Of a stretch of DNA of 64,000 bases, positions 47,955 through 57,158 are shown piece by piece. The position numbers and the translations under genes are program-made. The number at the start of each line of letters is the position of its first letter. Positions within the stretch are counted from its first letter, which is position 1. The notes beneath the pieces are model-generated. The model saw only the letters and a list, made by a program, of their open reading frames with translations, searched no databases and was not told where the DNA came from. Location: assembly GCA_964592145.1 (NCBI GenBank), contig CAZQBX010000013.1:3199-67198 (forward strand), written 5' to 3'. The stretch comes from an uncultured Ignavibacteria bacterium (GTDB taxonomy: Bacteria > Zixibacteria > MSB-5A5 > CAIYYT01).

Positions 47955-49466
47955 ATGCCGTCTCGAAATTCCTGCGCGATCGTCTACACTGCTTTCCTTG
48001 TGCTCCTGCTCTCTGGCGCAACTCTGCTTCAAGCGCAGACTCCGATTCGTTCGGAGATAATCGTAAGTGGATTATCGCGCCCGGTCTTTGCCACCTCGCC
48101 GACAGGAGACTTTGAACGGCTCTTTATTGCCGAACAACGCGGATCGGCAGGTACTGCAAATCGCGCCGACATTCGGATCATGGATTTGAATACTCAATTG
48201 ATGCGCCCCAAGCCGTTCTTGACGATCAGCCCAGTTAGAACTTCCAGTGAAGAAGGACTGCTGGGTCTCGCGTTCCACCCCAACTACTCGAATAATGGCT
48301 ACTTCTTCACTTACCATACCAATACCAGCGGCGATAATGTTGTCACTCGCTGGCAGGTTTCCAGCACCAATCCAGACAGCGCCAATCCTGCAAGCGCCTC
48401 GATTGTCCTGACTCTAAGTCACCCGGTTGAGACGAATCATAATGGCGGTTGGATCGGATTTGGCCCGGACGGCTTCCTATATATTGCCGTCGGCGATGGC
48501 GGCAGCGGCGGCGACCCGAATAATAACGGACAAACTCTCACGACCCTGCTCGGAAAAATGCTGCGAATTGACGTCGATTCCGGCAGCCCTTATGGCATTC
48601 CCCCTTCAAATCCCTTTGTCGGAGGTCCGCAAAGAGAAGAAATCTACTACTGGGGATTGCGCAACCCCTGGCGTAACAGCTTTGACCGCCTGACCGGAAA
48701 CCTCTTCATTGCCGATGTCGGCCAATCCCAGTACGAGGAAATCAATTGGCGGCCGGCAAACGATACCGGAAACGTCAATTTCGGCTGGCGACTGCGCGAG
48801 GGTGCCCACTGTTACAATCCGGCCGTGAACTGCGATCCACTCGGAATTACGACCGATCCGATTCACGAATACACGCATAGCTTCGGCTGTTCGGTAACCG
48901 GCGGATATAGCTATAGCGGCTGTGCTATCCCTGATCTTCAAGGTACTTACTTCTTCGGCGACTACTGCGATGGCACGGTGTGGTCGTTCAGATACGACGG
49001 CGTTTCGAAGACTGATTTTCAGGATCGCACCGCCGAACTCGAGCTGGGCGGTATCTCATCACTATTCTCGTTTGGCGAAGACAACTATGGCGAAATCTAC
49101 CTTCTCTACCAGAGTGGGCAGATTCGCAAGATTGTCCCGGACCTCACGATCACCGACTGCAATGGCAATGAGATTCCCGATAGCTGCGAGATCTTCTTTG
49201 GAGTGGTGCCGGACAATAATTTCAACGGCGTCCCTGACAGTTGCGACCCTCCCGGCTTTATCTGCGGCGACGCCGACGGCAGCGGCACTGTGACGATCTC
49301 CGATGCCGTCTACTTGATCAACTACATTTTTGCGGGCGGACCTGCACCCAGTCCCCTGGAATCGGGCGATGCGGATTGTAGTGGGTCACTGACAATCTCG
49401 GATGCAGTACTACTAATAAATTATATCTTTGCCGGAGGAGTTGCCCCCTGTTCGGCTTGCCCATAG
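47955..49466 (+). CDS. PQQ-dependent glucose/sorbosone dehydrogenase-family beta-propeller with C-terminal dockerin-like module
   Basis: EEGLLGLAFHP, NHNGG, GPDGFLYIAVGDGG, GKMLRIDV, GLRNPWR, DVGQ, VTGG; duplicated GDADxSGxxTISDAVxLINYIFAGG. Confidence 0.9.
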   Translation: MPSRNSCAIVYTAFLVLLLSGATLLQAQTPIRSEIIVSGLSRPVFATSPTGDFERLFIAEQRGSAGTANRADIRIMDLNTQLMRPKPFLTISPVRTSSEEGLLGLAFHPNYSNNGYFFTYHTNTSGDNVVTRWQVSSTNPDSANPASASIVLTLSHPVETNHNGGWIGFGPDGFLYIAVGDGGSGGDPNNNGQTLTTLLGKMLRIDVDSGSPYGIPPSNPFVGGPQREEIYYWGLRNPWRNSFDRLTGNLFIADVGQSQYEEINWRPANDTGNVNFGWRLREGAHCYNPAVNCDPLGITTDPIHEYTHSFGCSVTGGYSYSGCAIPDLQGTYFFGDYCDGTVWSFRYDGVSKTDFQDRTAELELGGISSLFSFGEDNYGEIYLLYQSGQIRKIVPDLTITDCNGNEIPDSCEIFFGVVPDNNFNGVPDSCDPPGFICGDADGSGTVTISDAVYLINYIFAGGPAPSPLESGDADCSGSLTISDAVLLINYIFAGGVAPCSACP

Positions 49467-49497
49467 TGAATTCTTCAGAAGTTACGATTTAAACAGG

Positions 49498-49521
49498 CAG
49501 AGGCCCAGATACCGGCCTCTG
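49498..49521. terminator. Hairpin between convergent genes, probable terminator
   Basis: CAGAGGCC/GGCCTCTG stem. Confidence 0.55.
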
Positions 49522-49539
49522 ACTCTCATCCCCAGCGCA

Positions 49540-50838
49540 TCAGCGAACGGCTGATTCGGACTCCACCTCTCGGAAGTGGTTCCTAAGTACGACCCTGGTC
49601 ATCAGGACGATGACTATCAAGATAATCAGGTACGACACGACCTGGGCATAGGCGGCACCTTTGAGTCCGTACTGATTTATTAGAGTGTAGCTTAGCCCCG
49701 TTGAAACTACCAAGGATACCAACACACTGTAGAAGCTGAATCTCATCTTGCCAATGCCTAGAATGGCAACGCCCAGAAGTGCATAGCAACTCCAAATGAA
49801 GTACTTGATAGCAAGAATCTGAAAATACTCGCCGGCGGCTGCATAACTTGCACCGTAAAGCATAACGATCAACCGGGGCACTATCAATACTGCGACCACC
49901 GTCAATATCAAAGCTAAGATAATAAGCAACTTCTGGTACTTCCCAAGCACCTGCATAAACTTCGACCTGTCTCTGCTGTATTCGGAGAAGTAAGGCGTGG
50001 CGATCGCCTGCACTGTCGTTGTGACTTGATTTAACCCAAGCACGAAGATCGTAGCGATGCTGTAGTACCCAAATCCGACGCGGTCGTCAATAAAGTAGTT
50101 GAGCATCAGAATATCCAGAAAGCTGATAATTGTCGCCACCAGATTTCCCGCCAGACTCCAGCGGGCATAATACCAAGTCTCCGCGTACTTCTTTTCCAGC
50201 CTTGACACCATTCCAGTCAGATCGACGCGAATGATCTTGATAAGAGGCAATAGCGTCGCGAAAGCGACGATTGTGCTTGAGACTACGAACCCGCCAAACC
50301 CGAACAAGTATGCCGACAAAACCACGACTGCCAGTCCGCCGATTCGAATCGTTGTCTGCATGACCGCCATGAGTCTGATTCGCTTCCGTGCCTGCAGATA
50401 GGCCATCAAGATCGAACCCAGGGCAGTTGACGGAACCGAGAACATAAACACAAACATCCAGCGATTCACTGACGGTGCCGGTGAGAAGAGACCCAGCATT
50501 GCAGCGGCAGCCATTGCTATGAGTATTATCGCAATCGGCGTGAGAGTGTATCGCAAGCTTTGCCGGAGAATCTCCGAGCGCTCGTCATCAGGTCGTTGCT
50601 CCGAACACATCTTGAGCACCGATGTGTTCAAGCCGAAACCGGCAATCACAGCCGCGATGCCAACAAATGATTGCAGGGTCTTGATGTCCGCCATTTCCGA
50701 CGGCGACAAGAATTTGATTACGAGAAGTTGCGAGCCGAACGCTAATAGCCCAATCGCCAGGTTTGCCGTCAACAAGTGAAAGAAACCTTTGGCGGAGGCA
50801 TTACGAATCGCTGATTTTACCGTCTCTGTTATCGGCAT
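49540..50838 (-). CDS. Wzx-type oligosaccharide flippase
   Basis: About 12 TM helices, GFGLN, GYYSIA, LYGASY, YGLKGAAYA; 2 nt after a glycosyltransferase. Confidence 0.85.
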   Translation of the reverse strand: MPITETVKSAIRNASAKGFFHLLTANLAIGLLAFGSQLLVIKFLSPSEMADIKTLQSFVGIAAVIAGFGLNTSVLKMCSEQRPDDERSEILRQSLRYTLTPIAIILIAMAAAAMLGLFSPAPSVNRWMFVFMFSVPSTALGSILMAYLQARKRIRLMAVMQTTIRIGGLAVVVLSAYLFGFGGFVVSSTIVAFATLLPLIKIIRVDLTGMVSRLEKKYAETWYYARWSLAGNLVATIISFLDILMLNYFIDDRVGFGYYSIATIFVLGLNQVTTTVQAIATPYFSEYSRDRSKFMQVLGKYQKLLIILALILTVVAVLIVPRLIVMLYGASYAAAGEYFQILAIKYFIWSCYALLGVAILGIGKMRFSFYSVLVSLVVSTGLSYTLINQYGLKGAAYAQVVSYLIILIVIVLMTRVVLRNHFREVESESAVR

Positions 50839-50840
50839 CT

Positions 50841-51956
50841 TTACCGGGTTCCACCCTCTGCCTTGGCGAGCCGATTGGGGCCGGCAAGTTTGTAGTATAG
50901 CTCGATCAACTTCCCTGCATTGTCCGGAAGCTCCAGATCGATTAGCTTCTGCCGATTTACCTCTACCTCATCCAGCACCGACTTGCAGACCATCGCAAGA
51001 CTATTCGAATCTCGGCTGATAAAGAGGTGTGCGGCGGGATTGCGTACTACGCAGTCGCTGGCAATTGCCGGTGTCCCGCCAGCAAGTGCTTCCAATACCG
51101 TCAACGAATCGCCGGCATCCGTGTTAGTGGCGCGAAGGACAACGTCCGCCCTTTGCCAGAGCACCGCAGTCTCTGCCAACGGCTCACAATAAAAGATGCA
51201 TCGCTCGGTTAACTTGAGTTCCGCTACTCGGGATCGCAGACGGGCAAGGTATTCCAGATCTCCAGCGTCCGGCAGTATAATTACCGTTGCCACATCCAGT
51301 TTGAACTCATTGACCAACCTGCCGGTCCCCTCGACAATGAGGTCGATACCGTAAAGATCCTCCCCACGGTGAAACGTTAGCCGATAGGCATTGGTGGCAA
51401 GCAGGTACCGATGCCTCGTGCGCAGTGCCTCAAGCACCTCCGGGAGTCTCTGTCCGACAAGGTCCGCCTTCGTAGGCGGGATAAATGGTGGAATTATGTG
51501 CAACTTCTCCACCGCGATTCCGGCTTTCAGCGCCCGCTCGCGTGAAGTCTCACTGTGAACTACTACAGCCGCAAGCGAATCAAACAATCGCACCAGTATT
51601 GGCTGTTCAAGTGGCGAATATCGCCCAAGGTCATCGTCAAAACGTTCATTGTGCAGAGAGAGCACGGTCACGTGCCTGGTGCTCAATAGTGAGTACATGT
51701 ATAGGTTTCGGGGGTTGAAATTGTGGAAGTGTACGAGACTTGGCTCGCAGCGCAGCAGGTGCATAAACGCCCTGCGCCAGCTTAACGAGCGGACATTGGG
51801 ATCGGTTTTGGCGACTCCGCTGATATCAATGGTCTCGCAGCAGAACCCGTCTGAAAGCAGCCGTGCCATCAGTCTCTGGGTATGAACCGACACGCCACCA
51901 AATGGCGGCGGAACAGCGCCGACTTGAATAACCTTTTGTGGGCTACCTGACTTCAT
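50841..51956 (-). CDS. Glycosyltransferase family 4 (GT-B)
   Basis: PPPFGGVSVH, RATNTDAGDSLTVLEALAGGTPAIASD. Confidence 0.88.
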   Translation of the reverse strand: MKSGSPQKVIQVGAVPPPFGGVSVHTQRLMARLLSDGFCCETIDISGVAKTDPNVRSLSWRRAFMHLLRCEPSLVHFHNFNPRNLYMYSLLSTRHVTVLSLHNERFDDDLGRYSPLEQPILVRLFDSLAAVVVHSETSRERALKAGIAVEKLHIIPPFIPPTKADLVGQRLPEVLEALRTRHRYLLATNAYRLTFHRGEDLYGIDLIVEGTGRLVNEFKLDVATVIILPDAGDLEYLARLRSRVAELKLTERCIFYCEPLAETAVLWQRADVVLRATNTDAGDSLTVLEALAGGTPAIASDCVVRNPAAHLFISRDSNSLAMVCKSVLDEVEVNRQKLIDLELPDNAGKLIELYYKLAGPNRLAKAEGGTR

Positions 51957-52008
51957 CTCATCGCAATGATGCGATGTTGAGGTAAGTTTCGCGACAGAAA
52001 ATCAGGTG

Positions 52009-52404
52009 CTACAACTTAGCAGCGACCTGCTGAAGCAGATCGCGAACCTGTTGTGCTTGCTGCGCTAGCTCCTTATTGCCGGTCAAACCCAGCGCCGCCA
52101 GCGGATCCATAAACGAAACATTGGTTCCGCCTTTGTCGTTTTCGTAGACGATTACGTTGCATGGCAGTAATGAGCCGATCTCCAGCTCCCGTTGAAACGC
52201 TTCAAACGCAATCTTCGGGTTGCAGGCGCCGAGGATTACATACGGTCGAAAGTCAGCATCAAGTTTCTTCTTCATCGTCGCTTTGACATCAATTTCAGTC
52301 AATATACCGAATCCGACTTCTTTAAGAAGTTCCTCGACACGATGGCGTGCATCAAGGAATTGCATCGATGTCTCTGCACCAAATGTGTAACTGGTCGTAT
52401 ACAT
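52009..52404 (-). CDS. DUF302 domain protein
   Basis: GFGILTEIDVKATMKKKLD, YVILGACNP, LLPCNVIVYE. Confidence 0.93.
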   Translation of the reverse strand: MYTTSYTFGAETSMQFLDARHRVEELLKEVGFGILTEIDVKATMKKKLDADFRPYVILGACNPKIAFEAFQRELEIGSLLPCNVIVYENDKGGTNVSFMDPLAALGLTGNKELAQQAQQVRDLLQQVAAKL

Positions 52405-52432
52405 GGGAAATTCCTCTAATAGATCAGAATGA

Positions 52433-52460
52433 AGGGCAGATTCGAAATCAGATCTGCCCT
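52433..52460 (-). terminator. Hairpin after the cystathionine lyase gene
   Basis: AGGGCAGAT/ATCTGCCCT stem, T-rich flank on the minus strand. Confidence 0.6.
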
Positions 52461-52466
52461 ACAAAT

Positions 52467-53639
52467 TTAGACGTGGCTGAAGCCGGTGTCAAGTGCACGC
52501 TTGAGATCTTCATATGCCTCAATACCGACCGAAATGCGGATTAGGCCATCGGATATGCCGTTGGCATCCCGAACTTCTTTGGGCACTGAAGCATGCGTCA
52601 TGAGCGCGGGATGTTGTATCAACGACTCGACACCGCCAAGGGACTCGGCCAAGCCGAATACCGGAGTATTGGCAAGCATCTTTTTGGCAGATTCGAGACC
52701 GCCCCTGATAACGAACGATATCATACCGCCATATAGTCGCATCTGGCGTTCGGCGATCTTATGCTGGGGAAACGACTCCAATCCAGGGTAGATGACCTTT
52801 TCGACCTTAGGATGAGTTTCGAGATAGACGGCCAGGTTCATCGCGTTGTCGCACTGACGCTCCATACGCAACGCTAAAGTCTTCACTCCCCGCATTGTCA
52901 GGAATGCATCGAAGGGCCCCATGATGGCACCTGCAGCATTCTGGCAATACTTCATTCTCTCGTGATACTTATCATTGGAGGTTAGAATCGCACCGCCAAC
53001 CGAATCGGCATGACCGTTGATGTACTTAGTCGTAGAATGAACTACAATATCGGCGCCGAGATCGAGCGGCCGCTGCAAGAACGGTGAAGCAAAGGTATTG
53101 TCCACTACCAAAATCAAATTCTTGCGCTTGGTTAATGTGGCAACTGCGCGAATCTCCGTGATCTTCAGCATCGGATTGGTCGGTGTCTCTATAAATACCA
53201 TCTTCGTGTTCGGTTTCAATGCCGCTTCAATACGATCGGTAAACGAAGTATCGACATAAGTGAACTCGATGCCATAATCGGCATACACGCGATTGAATAC
53301 TCGCGGCGTCCCGCCATAGAGATCATCGGAACAAACAACATGATCGCCGGACTTCAATAAGGTCAAGACATTTGACGTAGCGGCCATGCCCGAGGCAAAA
53401 CAAAGACCGTATTTGGCGCCTTCCAGTGCCGCCAGGCATTCTTCAAGTGCACAACGGGTCGGGTTGGCCGTCCGCGAGTACTCGAATCCCTTGTGGCCGC
53501 CAATACCATCCTGCACGTAGGTCGAAGTCTGATAGATTGGAAAGGCAATCGCTCCCGTCGAGGGATCGGGTGGTTGGCCGGCATGGATCGCATTGGTTTC
53601 GAATTGATGTTTGGTCGGATCGTAATCTTTCAAAATCAA
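52467..53639 (-). CDS. Cystathionine gamma-lyase/synthase family PLP enzyme (probable CGL)
   Basis: PIYQTSTY, YSRTANPTR, FASGMAA, ETPTNP, VVDNTF, HSTTKYINGH, AESLGGVESL. Confidence 0.93.
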   Translation of the reverse strand: MILKDYDPTKHQFETNAIHAGQPPDPSTGAIAFPIYQTSTYVQDGIGGHKGFEYSRTANPTRCALEECLAALEGAKYGLCFASGMAATSNVLTLLKSGDHVVCSDDLYGGTPRVFNRVYADYGIEFTYVDTSFTDRIEAALKPNTKMVFIETPTNPMLKITEIRAVATLTKRKNLILVVDNTFASPFLQRPLDLGADIVVHSTTKYINGHADSVGGAILTSNDKYHERMKYCQNAAGAIMGPFDAFLTMRGVKTLALRMERQCDNAMNLAVYLETHPKVEKVIYPGLESFPQHKIAERQMRLYGGMISFVIRGGLESAKKMLANTPVFGLAESLGGVESLIQHPALMTHASVPKEVRDANGISDGLIRISVGIEAYEDLKRALDTGFSHV

Positions 53640-55003
53640 GCTCCTGCGAGAAAATCAATTAAGTCAATTTTGGTCAAGATACCGACCAGCTTGCGATTAT
53701 CAACCGCAAAGACGACATCGGCATTGGATTTAGAGAACAGCTCTGCCAGTCGCGAAATCGGCATCTCGCGCGCAGCCGTATGATATTCATGGACGACGGC
53801 ACCCCTAATCGTTTGCGATGGCGAATAACGGCCTGATACCATTAAGCTCAAGAGATCCGACTCGCGAATCAGACCAACCAGTTCGCCGTTTTCAATCACC
53901 GGCAACTGGGAAATATCATATTTCTTCATCTTCTCGATCACGGTATGCAACGTTTCGTCGCCACTTGCCGAGATGATTTCCTTGCCGTTCTTGCGATCCA
54001 GTATTCGTTGAACGGACCCAAGCTCGGGGCGTTCTTCAAGAAATCCGTAGTCGCGCATCCAGGTCTCATTGAACATCTTCGATAGGTAGCGAGTGCCGCT
54101 GTCCGGCAGGACAACAACAATACGCTTCCCCGGCCCGACCTTCCTGGCTACCTGTATTGCACCCCAGACCGCCGCACCGGAGGATCCGCCGGCAAAAATG
54201 CCTTCCTTCGTTGTCAAATCTCGTCCAGTTAGGAAACAGTCGCGGTCGTTCACCTGGAGCATATCGTCGACAACCGAAAAATCCATCGCCTGCGTGATCA
54301 TATCTTCGCCAATTCCTTCGACCTTGTATACCTCCGGCTTGCCCGGTTTACCGGTCTTGAAGTAGTCATAGAAAACCGAACCGTAGGGATCAACCGCAAT
54401 GATCTTGATATTCTTGTCCTGCTCTTTGAGAAACTTTCCGGCTCCGGAGAGTGTCCCGCCTGTTCCAATGCCGGCGACGAAGTAGTCAATCTTACCGTCC
54501 ATGTCTTTCCAGATTTCCGGACCGGTTAGATTATAGTGTGCTTCAATATTCTTGGGATTGTGGTACTGATTCAAGTAGAATGAACCGGGATTCTCGCGAT
54601 GAATCCGTTTTGCCGTTTCGTAATACGATTCAGGACTGTCGGCCGGGACATTCGTCTTGGTTACCACTACTTTTGCACCAAATGCCTTGAGCAAATTGAT
54701 CTTTTCGTCAGACATCTTGTCGGGAATCGTAAAAATCGCCTTGTAACCCTTGACCGCCGCGACAATCGCCACTCCAACGCCGGTGTTTCCCGAGGTGTTC
54801 TCGACAATCATTCCGGACTTGAGATCACCCCGCCGCTCGGCATCCTCGATGATGTATCGTGCCATTCGGTCCTTAATCGAACCGCCGGGATTCATAAATT
54901 CAAGCTTGGCGTATACTTCGCCGGCACCTTCCGGCACCATCCGCTTTAATTGGACAAGCGGCGTATTGCCGATGGCATCGAGTATGTTATTTAGCTTAGG
55001 CAT
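53636..55003 (-). CDS. cbs: Cystathionine beta-synthase with C-terminal CBS domains
   Basis: IGNTPLV, KLEFMNPGGSIKDR, ENTSGNTG, GIGTGGT, YKVEGIGED, GGSSGA, PDSGTRYLSK, then a CBS pair (ISQLPV, LVGILTKID). Confidence 0.93.
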   Translation of the reverse strand: MPKLNNILDAIGNTPLVQLKRMVPEGAGEVYAKLEFMNPGGSIKDRMARYIIEDAERRGDLKSGMIVENTSGNTGVGVAIVAAVKGYKAIFTIPDKMSDEKINLLKAFGAKVVVTKTNVPADSPESYYETAKRIHRENPGSFYLNQYHNPKNIEAHYNLTGPEIWKDMDGKIDYFVAGIGTGGTLSGAGKFLKEQDKNIKIIAVDPYGSVFYDYFKTGKPGKPEVYKVEGIGEDMITQAMDFSVVDDMLQVNDRDCFLTGRDLTTKEGIFAGGSSGAAVWGAIQVARKVGPGKRIVVVLPDSGTRYLSKMFNETWMRDYGFLEERPELGSVQRILDRKNGKEIISASGDETLHTVIEKMKKYDISQLPVIENGELVGLIRESDLLSLMVSGRYSPSQTIRGAVVHEYHTAAREMPISRLAELFSKSNADVVFAVDNRKLVGILTKIDLIDFLAGA

Positions 55004-55200
55004 CGGTATCCTCTATATTGTGCATTATTTTCGATTCCAGAGAAGTGATCGAGCAAGATTGTCTTCAACTGAAGTCTCTGAACGCTCCCTGAACATAAAC
55101 AAAACCGTTCCACATTGCAACCGTGACGCGATAATTCTGTTCCGGCGAAAGTGGATAAGAGCCATTGCCAATTGAGGACGATTTTCGTTACTTGTGGCAG

Positions 55201-55938
55201 ATGGAAACCACAAAATCGCTGGCTGGCAAAACTGCTCTGATAACCGGCGCCGGCCGCGGCGTTGGCCGTGCTATTGCCGAAGCGTTTGCAGCGACGGGCG
55301 CAGACCTCGTACTTGTCGCCCGCTCGAAAGACGAGTTAAGTGCGACGGCACTGGAATGTGCATCCGCTGGCGCCAGGGTTCTCGCCGAGACAACTGACTT
55401 AGCCGACATCAGACAGATCGACAGTCTGTTCACATTGCTTACCAATCGGGGAATCAAGGTTAATATCTTGGTTAACAATGCGGCAATTCTCATCAAGAAC
55501 CTGTTGGAAGTTTACGATCTTGCCGACTTCCAGAAGATGCTGGCCACCAATATCACAGCGCCATTGGCTCTTAGTCAACGCGCGATCCCAATGATGAAGG
55601 AAGGCGGCGGTGGCACCATCGTCAACATTTCCTCACTCTCCGGCTGCTTTGGAGTACAGAAACTCCCCGGCTTCGGGGCCTATGACATTACCAAGTATGC
55701 CCTGTGGGGATTGACCGAAATGTTGGCAATCGAAAACATGAAGCACAACATACGTGTAAATCAGCTCTCCCTGTCGGCGGTCGATACGGCAATGTTCCGG
55801 TCGGCGTCGCCGCCGGGGCTCAAAGCCGCTCTTAAAGCCGAGGAGGTCGGCAGGCATGTCGTCTATCTCGCCTCGGATGACTCCGCGCCGCTGACAGGCG
55901 AAAACGTGATTCTAACCGGAATGGCTCCAGCGAGATAA
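55201..55938 (+). CDS. Classical SDR oxidoreductase
   Basis: TGAGRGVG, NNAA, NISS, YDITK. Start ATG 55201 (alternative TTG 55165). Confidence 0.9.
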   Translation: METTKSLAGKTALITGAGRGVGRAIAEAFAATGADLVLVARSKDELSATALECASAGARVLAETTDLADIRQIDSLFTLLTNRGIKVNILVNNAAILIKNLLEVYDLADFQKMLATNITAPLALSQRAIPMMKEGGGGTIVNISSLSGCFGVQKLPGFGAYDITKYALWGLTEMLAIENMKHNIRVNQLSLSAVDTAMFRSASPPGLKAALKAEEVGRHVVYLASDDSAPLTGENVILTGMAPAR

Positions 55939-55941
55939 ACT

Positions 55942-56349
55942 ATGAAGACAACCATCACCAAGAGAATGACATTCTGCGCCGGGCATCGCTTATTCAAACC
56001 CGGTCTTTCCGATGAAGAGAATTTGAAGATCTTTGGCGAGTGCTCCAATCCCAATGGTCACGGCCACAATTACGTGCTTGAGGTCAGCGTTTCCGGCGAA
56101 ATCGATCCGGCGACCGGGATGATTATCAATCTCAAGACGCTTAAGCAGATCATTGAGCGCGAGGTCGTCGCCAAAGTCGACCATAAGAATCTCAACATTG
56201 ATGTCGAATTCATGAAAAATCTGGTCCCAACCACCGAAGTCTTTGCTGGCAAGATTTTTGACATTCTTGACAAAGCCTTGGGAAAAGGACTATTGGCGCG
56301 GGTGGTTCTGTGGGAATCAGAAAACAACCGGTTCGAAGTTTCTCGTTGA
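55942..56349 (+). CDS. 6-pyruvoyltetrahydropterin synthase, PTPS-II (mammalian-like) type
   Basis: FCAGHRL, SDEENLKIFGECSNPNGHGHNY (C-x5-HGH), GEIDPATGM, DHKNLN, PTTE. Confidence 0.88.
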   Translation: MKTTITKRMTFCAGHRLFKPGLSDEENLKIFGECSNPNGHGHNYVLEVSVSGEIDPATGMIINLKTLKQIIEREVVAKVDHKNLNIDVEFMKNLVPTTEVFAGKIFDILDKALGKGLLARVVLWESENNRFEVSR

Positions 56350-56396
56350 TAATGTTAGCAAGAGTGTCCATAAAATGGTAAGCCGGAGGTAATGTC

Positions 56397-57125
56397 TTGG
56401 AAAGAGTAGCTCTGATTACAGGCGGTTCAAGGGGTCTTGGATTAGCAACCGCAAAAGAATTGCAGGCGCGCGGATTCAGGCTCCTACTGGTTGGTCTGGA
56501 ATCACAATTGTCCCAAAACGCTCTCCGAATTCTTACCGATCGCCCTGTAGTCAAGTACATCTCTGGTGATATCACGAAATCCGGTACTTGTATTGAAGCG
56601 GCTCGCATTTGTCGGGAGGTATTCGGCCGCCTCGATGTGCTCGTAAACAATGCGGGCATGTACCTCGGCGGCAATATCGAGGAGTTTCCCGAAAGCTCGT
56701 GGGATCAGATTATTGCCGTCAATCTGACTTCGCACTTCCTGATGACAAAAGCCGCTACGCCACTTCTCAAGGAATCTCAAGGTCAGATCATTTTCATAAA
56801 CTCAGTTGGCGGCAAACAGGGTCAAGCGAATAATTCGGCCTACTGCGCCTCGAAATTCGGGCTTCAGGGATTGGCTGACTCGATCCGGATCGAATTGAAA
56901 CCTCACAAGATCAGGGTAACCAGCATCTTTCCGAATAATATGAATTCCGTAGGCGAGATCATATCGTCGGGCGATCCGAAAAGGCTGCAGCTGTTGGAAA
57001 CAGCCGATGTGGCACGGTTAATCGGCGATGTGGCTGATGCCCCGGCGTATGCGCAGATCCCGGAGATTCAGATCTACCCGCTTTCCACAGAAATATCGAA
57101 GAGCGAACGCAGCAAATTCCAGTAA
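56397..57125 (+). CDS. Classical SDR oxidoreductase
   Basis: TGGSRGLG, NNAG, INS, YCASK; TTG start with GGAGG. Confidence 0.9.
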   Translation: MERVALITGGSRGLGLATAKELQARGFRLLLVGLESQLSQNALRILTDRPVVKYISGDITKSGTCIEAARICREVFGRLDVLVNNAGMYLGGNIEEFPESSWDQIIAVNLTSHFLMTKAATPLLKESQGQIIFINSVGGKQGQANNSAYCASKFGLQGLADSIRIELKPHKIRVTSIFPNNMNSVGEIISSGDPKRLQLLETADVARLIGDVADAPAYAQIPEIQIYPLSTEISKSERSKFQ

Positions 57126-57158
57126 CGAAAAACGAACTACGACTCTCGCCGACAATTT

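Noticed and set aside
55942-56349. queD (queuosine biosynthesis)
   Set aside because: The motif is C-x5-HGH rather than C-x3-HGH, and there are no queC/queE neighbours.
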